Assembly (NCBI GenBank): GCA_044358835.1
Contig: JBIKNF010000008.1
Coordinates: 9,873-73,872, forward strand
Source: Vampirovibrionales bacterium
GTDB lineage: Bacteria > Cyanobacteriota > Vampirovibrionia > Vampirovibrionales > JAJTHC01
Direction: 5' to 3'
DNA length: 64,000 bases
Position numbers and translations under genes: made by a program. This document shows, in pieces, positions 1 to 10,440 of the stretch. Each line of letters starts with the position of its first letter. The first letter of the stretch is position 1. Under the pieces are notes generated by a model, which was not told where the DNA came from, did not search any database, and worked only from the letters and a program-made list of their open reading frames with translations.

Positions 1-270
1 TTGGGTGGGCGTCCCTTGCGAATCAAACGCCACGCTAAGCGGAGGCCCCTTGATCACTTCGGTGCGTTCGGCTTGGGTGTCAGGCAACCCGAGGAAGCGA
101 ATGACCACGCGTCGGGGGGTTTTTTCCACTTCAACGGTGGAACCTTCTAGGCCTAAGGCGTCTAGGCGTTTTTCAATGGCGTGGCGCAAGGCCTTTGGCA
201 CGGTGGCCAAAAAGCCTGCGGGCAGTTCTTCACAACCAATTTCAAAAAAAGCGTGGTTTAGCATCGCCAT
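1..270 (-). CDS. glyS: Glycine--tRNA ligase beta subunit, N-terminal part (runs off window start)
   Basis: Not in the ORF track. Manual minus-strand translation from ATG at 270 gives MAMLNHAFFEIGCEELPAGF...TPRRVV...IKGPPLSVAFDSQGTPT, the GlyS N-terminal motifs (EIGxEELP, TPRR, GPP). RBS GAAAGGA upstream. Confidence 0.93.
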   Translation of the reverse strand, partial: MAMLNHAFFEIGCEELPAGFLATVPKALRHAIEKRLDALGLEGSTVEVEKTPRRVVIRFLGLPDTQAERTEVIKGPPLSVAFDSQGTPTQ

Positions 271-395
271 TTCCTTTCACATCCTTTGCTGTTATTATCG
301 AACAAAGACGTGAGAAAGACAAGGCAACACGCCCCCTAAAGAGAGGGCGTGTGCGAAAGGGCCGTGTGCAGCGACCCTTCTTTGAAAGGCGGGGC

Positions 396-1652
396 TTACC
401 AACCGCCGTTTGCAGTGGTTGGAGCGGGCGCTTGAGGCAGTGCTTGAGCCAGAAGCGTCGGTGTGGGTGGGGCCCACGAAGTAACGGCTGGGTTGGCGGC
501 TGGAGTCGTTGCCACAACAGGCGTTGGCAGGGCTGGAGCGGTACCTACTGTGGCCACGGGTGGCGCGGGGGTGAAGGCGAAGCCTGAAGGTGCTACGGGA
601 ACAGACGGAACGAAGTTCGTTTGAGCGAAGGGCTGTTGAGGCAACAGGTTCAGGTTATTGCTCCCTGCGAGTAGGGGGTTGAAGGCGTTTGGGAGACCCG
701 CACTTCCTGCGAGTAGCGGGTTCAGAGTGCTTGGCCCACCGAATGCGTTAGGATTCAATAAACTAGTAGTGCCCAGACCTAGTGGAGAGGAGCCTAGCAA
801 AGGTGGAGAGGAACCTAGAAAAGGACTTGTACTCCCTTGCATGGGCAATCCACTTAGATCAGTCATACCGTACAGGGGATTAGACGGCAGGGGCATACCT
901 AATGGGGGCATACCAGGCAAGCCTCCTGACATGGACGCCAGCGAAGGAAGAGGAAGCGAAGGCATCTTTGACAGTGCATCAACAGAGGGGGAGCTGGCTG
1001 GAGAGGAGCCACCGCCGCCACCGCCGCCGCGGCCGCGATTTTGAATAAGTCCTAACAAGCCAGGGCCGAATTTTTTCAGTAATTCACGCCAGTCAGTGCC
1101 TTCAGTGGTGTCGGTGTCACCTTCAGTGGGCGTGTAAGCTGATTTGGGGATGTCATACTTTTCAAATAACGTTTTTAAGGTGGTAAGTTCAGCACCCGTG
1201 CTTTCAGCTCCGCCTGCCTTAAGCGCTTTCGCCGAAAGTTGCGCATACAGTTTTTCGGGATCTTGCCCATTTGTTAATTTAGTTTTTAAAGTATCTCCAA
1301 AGGCTTTTAATTCTGCTGAAGATACTGTGCCATCTTCATTGTCGTCCGCCAGTTGAAGCGTTCGAGACAGTTCCACTTGGCTCATGCCACGCAGCGCTAA
1401 GGCCTCAAACACTTGTTGAAGCCTTTCAGCATTCAACGTGCCTGTCATCTTATCTTTAATCAAGGGGCTCGCTTCAGCAAAACTTAAAGAATTATTGTTA
1501 TTCGTGTCATATTCTAATAATAATTCTTCGGCTTGTGTATTGTACTTTTCTAATCGGGTGGCGCCTATTTGCGATCCTTTGGAAGTGTCGTCTGTGGATG
1601 TATTACCTAGACTTCCAGCTAGAGCAGTCAATATAGGATTCAATGCAATCAT
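396..1652 (-). CDS. Hypothetical protein with two EF-hand-like loops and a Gly/Pro/Ser/Leu-rich low-complexity C-terminal half
   Basis: 418-aa ORF. DTNNNNSLSFAE and DDNEDGTVSSAE fit the 12-residue EF-hand loop pattern. Poly-Gly run and repeated NPLLAGS. Confidence 0.7.
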   Translation of the reverse strand: MIALNPILTALAGSLGNTSTDDTSKGSQIGATRLEKYNTQAEELLLEYDTNNNNSLSFAEASPLIKDKMTGTLNAERLQQVFEALALRGMSQVELSRTLQLADDNEDGTVSSAELKAFGDTLKTKLTNGQDPEKLYAQLSAKALKAGGAESTGAELTTLKTLFEKYDIPKSAYTPTEGDTDTTEGTDWRELLKKFGPGLLGLIQNRGRGGGGGGGSSPASSPSVDALSKMPSLPLPSLASMSGGLPGMPPLGMPLPSNPLYGMTDLSGLPMQGSTSPFLGSSPPLLGSSPLGLGTTSLLNPNAFGGPSTLNPLLAGSAGLPNAFNPLLAGSNNLNLLPQQPFAQTNFVPSVPVAPSGFAFTPAPPVATVGTAPALPTPVVATTPAANPAVTSWAPPTPTLLAQALPQAPAPTTANGGW

Positions 1653-1955
1653 TATTTTTAAATCTCACTAGGGTTGTGGGGGGTGAACAAAGGGGGGAAA
1701 GTCGCCTTCCGTTGAAAGCGCTTGTGCCTAAATAAAGGTTCCCTTCACCCCAAAATTGACAAATTGTTACATTCGTTTATAAAAACAAAAAATTATAGAC
1801 TGCTCTAAAAAACGTGGGTTTTCAGCACTAGGCGACACGTCGAAAACGTGTCAAACTAAAAAAGAGTAGCGCCTTGAAAACCAAAGAACAAATCGGAACT
1901 CGTCATCCTGAACGCATGTGAAGGATCTCCCCACGCAGAAATGACGAATGATCTT

Positions 1956-2125
1956 GACTTTCGTGGCCAGAAAAACGAGTTTCGTGGGTCGTAAATCGGA
2001 CTTTCGTGGCCAAAAAACAGACTTTCATGGGTCGAAAAATGACTTTCATGGGTCGGAAATCGGACTTTCGTGGCCAGAAACTGGACTTTCGTGGGTCATA
2101 AAGTCGACTTTTGTGGGTCGAAATT
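1956..2125 (+). repeat. Tandem array of 8 imperfect 21-22 bp units, consensus GACTTTCGTGG(G/C)(T/C)N plus A-tract
   Basis: Units start at 1956, 1977, 1999, 2020, 2041, 2063, 2084 and 2106. No spacers. Confidence 0.92.
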
Positions 2126-3008
2126 ACCCCTCTTTTCGGTAGGATTCAAACTTCGACTCATCCAAATCCCACGCGTCTTTGGGAGGGATCGGTAACTTAT
2201 TGAGAGGATTTAAATTGCGAACCACCCCATAATCGATCGCTGTGGCCTTCCAGTAAGCGCTAAACACTTCATGCCCCAAGCGACTCACCCAGGTGTTGGC
2301 CGAAGGCTCGTCATACACCGAAAGCGTGGCCCCCACCACCCGATCAGTAGGCAAGCGAAACTCGCCCTGCCATTGATGCACCACTTGGTAAAGCCCTGTT
2401 GCACTGCGGTCAAAACGCTGAATGTCTACATCCACATAGCCCATGGCTTCTTCGTTTAAATTACCTTCAAACCAGCTCATAATGCGCTTCCAGCGAGACG
2501 GCGGCTGGTAAGGACGCGTAAAGTCTAAATCAGCCCGCACCACCAACACGCGATCCACCCCTGTGTAGGCCAAATCCCCAGACGCACAGAGTTCTTTGTA
2601 CGTCTTACACAACGCCGTGTTTAAGCCCTTCATGTCTGTTAAACTAAACTGGGCTTTTTGATTGAGCTTACTTAAAAAACGCGCCTGTTCATTGAGTTTT
2701 CCGCCCAACTGGTAGGCTTCGGTGGCTTGTAAGGGCGACAAATACGACTGCTTGCCTTGCCCCTTTAAGGCAAGGGCGAGATCACGAGTTAGCACGCCGC
2801 CGATGAGGGTGCCTAAATCGCCATACGCTTTGGCGTCTTTATGTTGGGGTTCAACCGCCATCACCAGCGTGGCTTTGGGGTGGGTTTGGGGGTTGGGCGG
2901 TCGCTTATATTGCCCGTGGTACTCGGCTCCCCACGCAGATGCACTGACGCCGACCATTAAGGCCGAAAGTAACACCACGCCAACGAATGAAAATAAGTGT
3001 TTGAACAT
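2124..3008 (-). CDS. Exported hypothetical protein (signal peptide)
   Basis: ORF track gives 2124..3032. More likely start is ATG 3008 (MFKHLFSFVGVVLLSALMVGVSASAWG), a typical Sec signal behind a purine-rich RBS. Confidence 0.7.
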   Translation of the reverse strand: MFKHLFSFVGVVLLSALMVGVSASAWGAEYHGQYKRPPNPQTHPKATLVMAVEPQHKDAKAYGDLGTLIGGVLTRDLALALKGQGKQSYLSPLQATEAYQLGGKLNEQARFLSKLNQKAQFSLTDMKGLNTALCKTYKELCASGDLAYTGVDRVLVVRADLDFTRPYQPPSRWKRIMSWFEGNLNEEAMGYVDVDIQRFDRSATGLYQVVHQWQGEFRLPTDRVVGATLSVYDEPSANTWVSRLGHEVFSAYWKATAIDYGVVRNLNPLNKLPIPPKDAWDLDESKFESYRKEG

Positions 3009-3130
3009 GGTCTTTCCCTCTTGTTTAGGCACAATCTTTGCTTTCTCACGATGTTTTCTATATGATTATGACAGAGTCCCCCTCTTTCCCCCTTCACCTC
3101 AAGACGTATTTATAGGAGTCCCCCCTGCCC

Positions 3131-4438
3131 ATGATTGAACGCTACTCCCTGCCGGCGATGTCTGTATTGTGGACGCCTACCGCCAAGTTCGACGCCTGGT
3201 TGCTCGTAGAACTCGCCGCCCTAGAAGCCCATGAAGCCCTCGGCAACGTGCCAAAAGGTGTCACCGCTGAAATTCGTGAAAAGGCTCAATACAATATCGC
3301 TCGCATTGATGAAATTGAAGAAGAGGTGCGTCACGATGTCATCGCCTTTTTGACGAATGTGGCGGAATATGTGGGTGAAAATAGTCGTTTTGTCCACTTG
3401 GGCATGACCTCTAGCGATTTGATCGACACCGCCTTAAACGTGCAGATTCAGCGCGCTAAACCCGTTTTAATGGAAAAGCTAGACGACTTAAAGCACACGA
3501 TTTTAAAGCGGGCGTGGGAACATCAACACACGGTGATGGTCGGTCGTAGCCACGGCATTCACGGCGAACCCATTACCTTTGGCGCCAAATTGCTCGTGTG
3601 GGTGGATGAACTCGAACGGGCCACGACCCGCATTGAAGCAGGCTTTGAAGAATGTCGTGTGGGCATGATTTCAGGTGCCATGGGGACTTACGCCCACTTG
3701 AGTCCGCAAGTGGAAGCCTTGACCTGCAAGGCGTTAGGACTCAACGCTGTGAAAGCGTCCACCCAAGTCATTCAACGAGACCGCCTCGCGAGTTTGATGA
3801 ACGCGTTTGCGTTACTCGCCTCTTCGCTTGAAAAAATGGCGGTGGAAATTCGCAACCTCCAACGCACGGATGTCTTAGAAGTCGAAGAAGCCTTTGCCAA
3901 AGGGCAGAAAGGCTCTTCGGCGATGCCTCATAAACGCAACCCCATTTCAAGCGAGAACATCACGGGTTTGGCGCGCTTGATTCGATCCTATGCCTTGCCG
4001 TGCATGGAAAATGTGGTGCTGTGGCATGAACGAGACATTTCGCATTCTTCGGTGGAACGCATCGTGGTGCCTGATGCCTTTACGCTTCTGCACTATATGT
4101 TGAATCGTTTTAACACGGTGATGCAAAACTTGGTGGTGTTTCCGCAGAACATGGAACGTAACATGAACATTTACGGTGGTGTGATTTTTAGCCAGCGTGT
4201 GTTATTGGCGTTGATTGATGCGGGTGTGAGCCGAGAAATGGCGTATCGCTTGGTGCAACGCAATGCCCATGCGGCATGGAATGTGGAAGGCGGGCATTTT
4301 CGTCAAAACATTTTGCATGATGAGGAGGTCTTGGCGTTGTTGGACAAGCCCAGCATCGAAGCGTGTTTTGATCCGTCGCCGTTGCTCCAGCACATCGATG
4401 TGATGTTTGCTCGTTTCCCTAAGCCTGTCTTGGTTTAG
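3131..4438 (+). CDS. purB: Adenylosuccinate lyase
   Basis: MIERY start, RHDVIAF, HLGMTSSD, GRSHGIHGEPITFG and the fumarate-lyase signature GSSAMPHKRNP. Confidence 0.97.
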   Translation: MIERYSLPAMSVLWTPTAKFDAWLLVELAALEAHEALGNVPKGVTAEIREKAQYNIARIDEIEEEVRHDVIAFLTNVAEYVGENSRFVHLGMTSSDLIDTALNVQIQRAKPVLMEKLDDLKHTILKRAWEHQHTVMVGRSHGIHGEPITFGAKLLVWVDELERATTRIEAGFEECRVGMISGAMGTYAHLSPQVEALTCKALGLNAVKASTQVIQRDRLASLMNAFALLASSLEKMAVEIRNLQRTDVLEVEEAFAKGQKGSSAMPHKRNPISSENITGLARLIRSYALPCMENVVLWHERDISHSSVERIVVPDAFTLLHYMLNRFNTVMQNLVVFPQNMERNMNIYGGVIFSQRVLLALIDAGVSREMAYRLVQRNAHAAWNVEGGHFRQNILHDEEVLALLDKPSIEACFDPSPLLQHIDVMFARFPKPVLV

Positions 4439-4482
4439 CTAGCACAAGTTTAGATTCAGGCTTTTTTATATCCATAATTGTT

Positions 4483-5205
4483 ATGGTTTATAAATTAGGT
4501 TTTTTCTTTATGAATGCTTTAATCTCTGCTCATGCCATGTCATTTCCTCATGCCACTTCCCAACAACGTGAAGGTGCGACTCATGTCGCCACACTTAAAA
4601 AAACAGGAGCTAAAGTTTTTGAATTAGGAAGGGACCCTTTTGTCGCGAAAGATGTAAGAATTTTGTCTAGACTACGTACTCGTATAATCCCCTTTAAAAG
4701 ATCGGGGGTTCATAATATTGTGGACTTGGCGATTTCTAAAATTATTGACGCTAAAAAATCAAATACTCTAATAAGCCATTGTGTTTATTTAGCGGTTAAT
4801 CATAATAATGAATTGGTTGCTATACTTAGGGGGGAGGCGGCAAAAAGTTCACATTTACATGAAATTGCTTCTTTTCAACAAGGGGTTGGCTCTCCCTTGA
4901 TTTCCTTTTTTTATCGGGAAGGAAGTCAGGGACAGGTTTCGGTTCATAAGGGAGCAGATTCTTTGTGTAGACGTTACTTTACAAATAACTCATGGCATCG
5001 ATACCCTTTCAGTTTAACAGAATTTTATAGAAACATGGGGTTTGACAATGTGAGTCCAGAAGAAATGCCGTGTCTTTCATGTTCTTTCTCTCAAATTCAA
5101 GCATGGTGTGAAAAAAAACTCGCAAGCGTACGTCTTGTTCACAACGCTCAGCCTCAAGCCCTTGTTATTTCAGGGCTCGGTGATGGGAATACGAGAACCC
5201 CTTAA
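4483..5205 (+). CDS. Hypothetical protein, possible divergent GNAT-fold acetyltransferase
   Basis: AT-rich 240-aa ORF (start may be ATG 4510). QQGVGS and FYRNMGF resemble GNAT acetyl-CoA motifs A and B. Confidence 0.5.
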   Translation: MVYKLGFFFMNALISAHAMSFPHATSQQREGATHVATLKKTGAKVFELGRDPFVAKDVRILSRLRTRIIPFKRSGVHNIVDLAISKIIDAKKSNTLISHCVYLAVNHNNELVAILRGEAAKSSHLHEIASFQQGVGSPLISFFYREGSQGQVSVHKGADSLCRRYFTNNSWHRYPFSLTEFYRNMGFDNVSPEEMPCLSCSFSQIQAWCEKKLASVRLVHNAQPQALVISGLGDGNTRTP

Positions 5206-5233
5206 ACCTTGCGTGGTTTCTTACGTCACTCCG

Positions 5234-5264
5234 CAGTCGCCCTTTTTTGAAAAGAATGTTACAA
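5234..5264 (+). repeat. 31-bp direct repeat, copy 1 (CAGTCGCCCTTTTTTGAAAAGAATGTTACAA)
   Basis: 30/31 identical to 6754-6784. Confidence 0.9.
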
Positions 5265-5368
5265 AGATCCTGACAAGGGCTTTTGTTTAACAGACCTATA
5301 TGCTACACTACTTAAAGTAAATATCACCTTCTCTATGCGAACCCTTAATTCTAAAGAAAAATAATGCG

Positions 5369-6751
5369 ATGTCTCTACCTACGGCTCCTCTCCCGCTTCT
5401 TTTACAACCCGTCAACTTTGTGCAAAGTAACGACCTCATTCATCGGGCTACGCTAGATGTCTTGGGTTGGTCTACCCCCGTGTATTTAGCCGCCCGTAAC
5501 CCTGACGAACGTCGTGAACGCGTGGTTGAACTGAGTTTGGCTACTTTTTTTGGGTTTGTGTTGGTACCATTGGTTGCCAAGGGGTTGACTCATGTTTATG
5601 CGAAACAACTCCCCCATCAAAATCCCCTGTTTTTTCACTTAACGTGGCCTCAGTTGGATTCGCCACAAGAGGCCAAGGCATTTTTAAAGGCGGAACTCCA
5701 ACGCACAGAACTTCAGCGAAACACGCCTCCTTGGTTAATGCGTCAAGTGGGGTGGCTCAACACCTATGTAAACCAGCGACTTGACCTAAAAGCTACACGT
5801 CTTCAACAAGCCTTGAAAAGCCTTGTTGAAGACCCCGCCTGCCTACAAAAGGTGTCTCACGCGAAAAAATCCGTGTTACTGGGCAATATCTTCATTTCAA
5901 CCTTAGCCCTCAGCTGTATCGCCCCTCTTAAACAACTGGTCACCCGACTTTTTTCTCATAAAGACCGCTTTACCGGTTCTGAAAATTATTTGTCGGACGA
6001 AGACTCTAAGCGCCTCAGCGATCACGAATCTCGTCAAAAGCTAAAGCCGTTGAAAGCCCTTACCCACACCTTATTGGTGTTGGCCCCTGTGGCCTTGGCT
6101 TGGGGGACGCATCACGGTATTGAACAGGCAAAAAAATTAGGCAAACCCGTTCCTTCTCTACTCTTAGACTTCCGTAATTATTTAGACTATTCTAATGGGA
6201 TTTATCTTTCTTTAGGGGGGTTATTTACGATATTTATGGCCCTTAATCTTAATGATCTAAATTGGGCAAGGGATCGTTATGAATTACAAGAAATTTTGAC
6301 GAAATACAGCATTTGTGTCCCTTCCTTCTGGTTTGGAGACCGGATTTTTAACGGCAATATCGCTAAAATGACGGACGCCCTTTTAAGTCGTGCAGGCGTG
6401 TTCAAGCCCCATACCTTTATTGTGCAGAAGGCTTCTTCAAGCGCGGATCGCGTCCGTCACACATTTATGCAACAAACGAAACATTTTTTAGAAAAAATAG
6501 GCCCTGAAGCTAAATCCATTCAACATGTTTATGACGAAGTGCTGGCCACAAACGGAGAGGCCAAAGCCAAGCAAGCCAGTGCGTTGGCGTCTGCTGTATT
6601 TGTGGCGGGAGTCGCCAGCCATAGTTTAGCCATGGCCGCGGTTCTTCATTTGTCCAATGCCTTGACCAAACATTTGGTGACTCGAGATTTGTCGAGCTTA
6701 AAGGACGGCACGCCGTCAGAAACATCGCGCCAAGGGTTGCGCCAGAAATAG
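5369..6751 (+). CDS. Hypothetical multi-pass membrane protein
   Basis: 460-aa ORF with several hydrophobic segments. AR(N/D)xxExxE motif occurs twice. No family recognised. Confidence 0.75.
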   Translation: MSLPTAPLPLLLQPVNFVQSNDLIHRATLDVLGWSTPVYLAARNPDERRERVVELSLATFFGFVLVPLVAKGLTHVYAKQLPHQNPLFFHLTWPQLDSPQEAKAFLKAELQRTELQRNTPPWLMRQVGWLNTYVNQRLDLKATRLQQALKSLVEDPACLQKVSHAKKSVLLGNIFISTLALSCIAPLKQLVTRLFSHKDRFTGSENYLSDEDSKRLSDHESRQKLKPLKALTHTLLVLAPVALAWGTHHGIEQAKKLGKPVPSLLLDFRNYLDYSNGIYLSLGGLFTIFMALNLNDLNWARDRYELQEILTKYSICVPSFWFGDRIFNGNIAKMTDALLSRAGVFKPHTFIVQKASSSADRVRHTFMQQTKHFLEKIGPEAKSIQHVYDEVLATNGEAKAKQASALASAVFVAGVASHSLAMAAVLHLSNALTKHLVTRDLSSLKDGTPSETSRQGLRQK

Positions 6752-6753
6752 GA

Positions 6754-6784
6754 CAGTCGCCCTTTCTTGAAAAGAATGTTACAA
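6754..6784 (+). repeat. 31-bp direct repeat, copy 2 (CAGTCGCCCTTTCTTGAAAAGAATGTTACAA)
   Basis: 30/31 identical to 5234-5264. Starts 3 nt after the stop of the 460-aa gene. Confidence 0.9.
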
Positions 6785-7096
6785 TTTCTTTACAAAGAAG
6801 GGCTAAATAAACCGTTTGAACTTGCATCCTCTTTGAGGTGTATCTTATATGAATCTACATCACACGGAGGGTATAAACCACTAGGTTATTTTCAAAAGTC
6901 GCATAAGCTCCTATACTTACAGTATGCGAACAGTCTTTCTTGCTCCTACAAGTGACGGGCAAAGACTTCGGCACGTTGTGAATAAGGGAATTGAAAAAAG
7001 TAGAAGCAGTCACGCCCTGTGAAGCAGATCGGCCTTGCTTACTACGCAAAAAGAGTTTACCCCCCCCCGCTTGACCCAAAAGGAGAGATGACGTCC

Positions 7097-7816
7097 ATGA
7101 CGCTAAATCAAAACGAATTACAAGCCCCCATTTTACGTATTATGGTGGTGGATGACAACGCCAACCACGCCGCAGGCATTAAGCAGTTGGTTGAACTGCA
7201 ATCCATGCACAAGGTGGTGGGTATTTGCAGTAATGGAGATGAAGCCGTCCGCCGAGTTGGCCATACGGACGTGGATATTGTGCTGATGGATATGAACATG
7301 CCTGAACTCGACGGCATTTCCGCCATTCAACAGATTTTGGTCAAAAAGCCTGAAGTCAAGATTTTAACGCTCACCGGCAGTGACGACCCAGACACCGTCT
7401 ACAAAGCCATGCGGGCAGGCGGCCGCGGTTACATTCTTAAAACCATGATCACCACCCAATTGATGCGCGCCTTAGAAGACATCAATGCGGGGCGTATTTT
7501 CATGCCCACGAGCATTGCGACTAAGTTTTTCGACGAGTTCCACACGATTGTGCAGAAGGTGTCACAACCGGATCCGCATCGTCAAGCTTTGTTGAGTCAG
7601 TTGACCTCTCGTGAAAAAGAGGTGTTGAAATTGTTGACTGAAGGCTTGACGTACAAGGGCATTTCCGATCGCTTGGTGATTTCTGAAACGACGGTGAAAA
7701 CGCATGTGAACAACATTTTCCAAAAATTGCAAGTCAACGACCGCACCCAAGCGGTGTTGTACGCCTTGAAGTTCGGTTTGGTCGACACCAGCGACAAATT
7801 GCCTAGCGTGGTGTAG
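7097..7816 (+). CDS. NarL/LuxR-family response regulator (REC + HTH), no adjacent kinase
   Basis: IMVVDDN, DIVLMDMNMP and GYILK receiver motifs; LTSREKEVL...ISETTVKTHVNNIFQKL LuxR HTH. ORF track start is 7019; ATG 7097 (or 7088) follows AGGAG at 7081. Confidence 0.93.
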   Translation: MTLNQNELQAPILRIMVVDDNANHAAGIKQLVELQSMHKVVGICSNGDEAVRRVGHTDVDIVLMDMNMPELDGISAIQQILVKKPEVKILTLTGSDDPDTVYKAMRAGGRGYILKTMITTQLMRALEDINAGRIFMPTSIATKFFDEFHTIVQKVSQPDPHRQALLSQLTSREKEVLKLLTEGLTYKGISDRLVISETTVKTHVNNIFQKLQVNDRTQAVLYALKFGLVDTSDKLPSVV

Positions 7817-7835
7817 TCGTTTTAAAGTAAGCTCT

Positions 7836-7871
7836 AACAGGGAAGAACCTTCGTTCTTCCCTGTTTGTTTT
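7836..7871 (+). terminator. Intrinsic terminator of the response regulator gene
   Basis: 13-bp perfect stem AACAGGGAAGAAC/GTTCTTCCCTGTT, 4-nt loop, T-rich tail. Confidence 0.8.
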
Positions 7872-8071
7872 GGATGTCTAGCGCTGTTTCTAGCTGGTCG
7901 GTCGTCAGAGACCTTTGCTCCGCCAAAGGTCTCCAACACCTCTAAAGGCGGCTTAAGGGAGGGAGGGTCTTGGTCGCCCCCCTCCCTTAAGAATCCCACC
8001 CCTCTCGCTTCTCCTTCGTTCCTGCCGTGCGCAAAATGTCTCGGAAGCCTCGCATTTAGTGCGCCGTCGGC
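7868..8071 (+). repeat. Structured dispersed element, copy C (divergent, internal deletion)
   Basis: Reverse-complement match to 10170-10439, e.g. GTCGTCAGAGACCTTTGCTCCGCCAAAGGTCTCCAACACCTCTAAAGGCGG is identical. Right boundary approximate. Confidence 0.85.
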
Positions 8072-8126
8072 AAGATGTTTATAAACCAACTAGTTCACTA
8101 GGCTAAATAATCATGTTGATTTTTGA

Positions 8127-8390
8127 CTCGTTGCACCAGCAGGCGGCCAAGCACTAAATCCGAGCGGGTGAGCGCACTGCGAATCCCCGAGCGATTTTGC
8201 GGACGTCGTGCAACGAGAATGATGCGAGGAGGTGGGGATTCAGGGGGGATTTTCAAGGGGGGACGAAGGGGAGGAGAAACGCAATGCGTCCTTCCCCGTC
8301 CCCCCTTGAACCGCCTTTGGGGGTTTGGGGAGTCTTTGGCGGCGCAAAGACCCCCAAGCACCAGCGTTAAACGGAGCCAGACATCCAAAA
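8127..8390 (-). repeat. Structured dispersed element, copy A
   Basis: Direct repeat of 10170-10439, sharing CCAAGCACTAAATCCGAGCGGGTGAGCGCACTGCGAATCCCCGAGCGATTTTGCGGACGTCGTG. Multiple hairpins. Confidence 0.9.
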
Positions 8391-8398
8391 AAACTATT

Positions 8399-10093
<1,695 letters not shown>

Positions 10094-10169
10094 TTATTTT
10101 AGAAGAAACATAATTAAAATGCCAAGTCTTATAAAGTGATATTCAGATAAAATTGATGATTGTAAAGAA

Positions 10170-10439
10170 TCGTTGCATAAGCAGGCGTCCAAGCACTAAA
10201 TCCGAGCGGGTGAGCGCACTGCGAATCCCCGAGCGATTTTGCGGACGTCGTGGCAAGAAATGATGCGAGGAGGTGGGTCAAAAGGGGGTGGATTTTTAAG
10301 GAGGGGGAAATGAGGGAGGAGAAACGCAATGCGTCCTTCCTTCCCCCTCCTTAAACCGCCTTTAGAGGTGTTGGAGACCTTTGGCGGAGCAAAGGTCTCT
10401 GACGACGACAAGCATTAAACGGAGCTAGAATCCCAAAAA
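10170..10439 (-). repeat. Structured dispersed element, copy B
   Basis: Homologous to copies A and C. Abuts the dapA stop codon. Confidence 0.9.
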
Positions 10440-10440
10440 C

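Noticed and set aside
5-587. Plus-strand ORFs 5..313 and 195..587
   Set aside because: Antisense shadows of glyS and the 418-aa gene.
1956-2125. CRISPR array interpretation of the 21-22 bp repeats
   Set aside because: Units are contiguous with no unique 25-45 bp spacers, and there are no cas genes in the window.
1948-2142. 64-aa ORF over the tandem array
   Set aside because: Mixed 21/22-bp units shift the peptide repeat between frames; likely a spurious ORF.
6953-7055. c-di-GMP-I riboswitch-like GGGCAAA...GCAAA upstream of the response regulator
   Set aside because: Lacks the GAAA-tetraloop P2 stem and the expected spacing; only short chance-level pairings.
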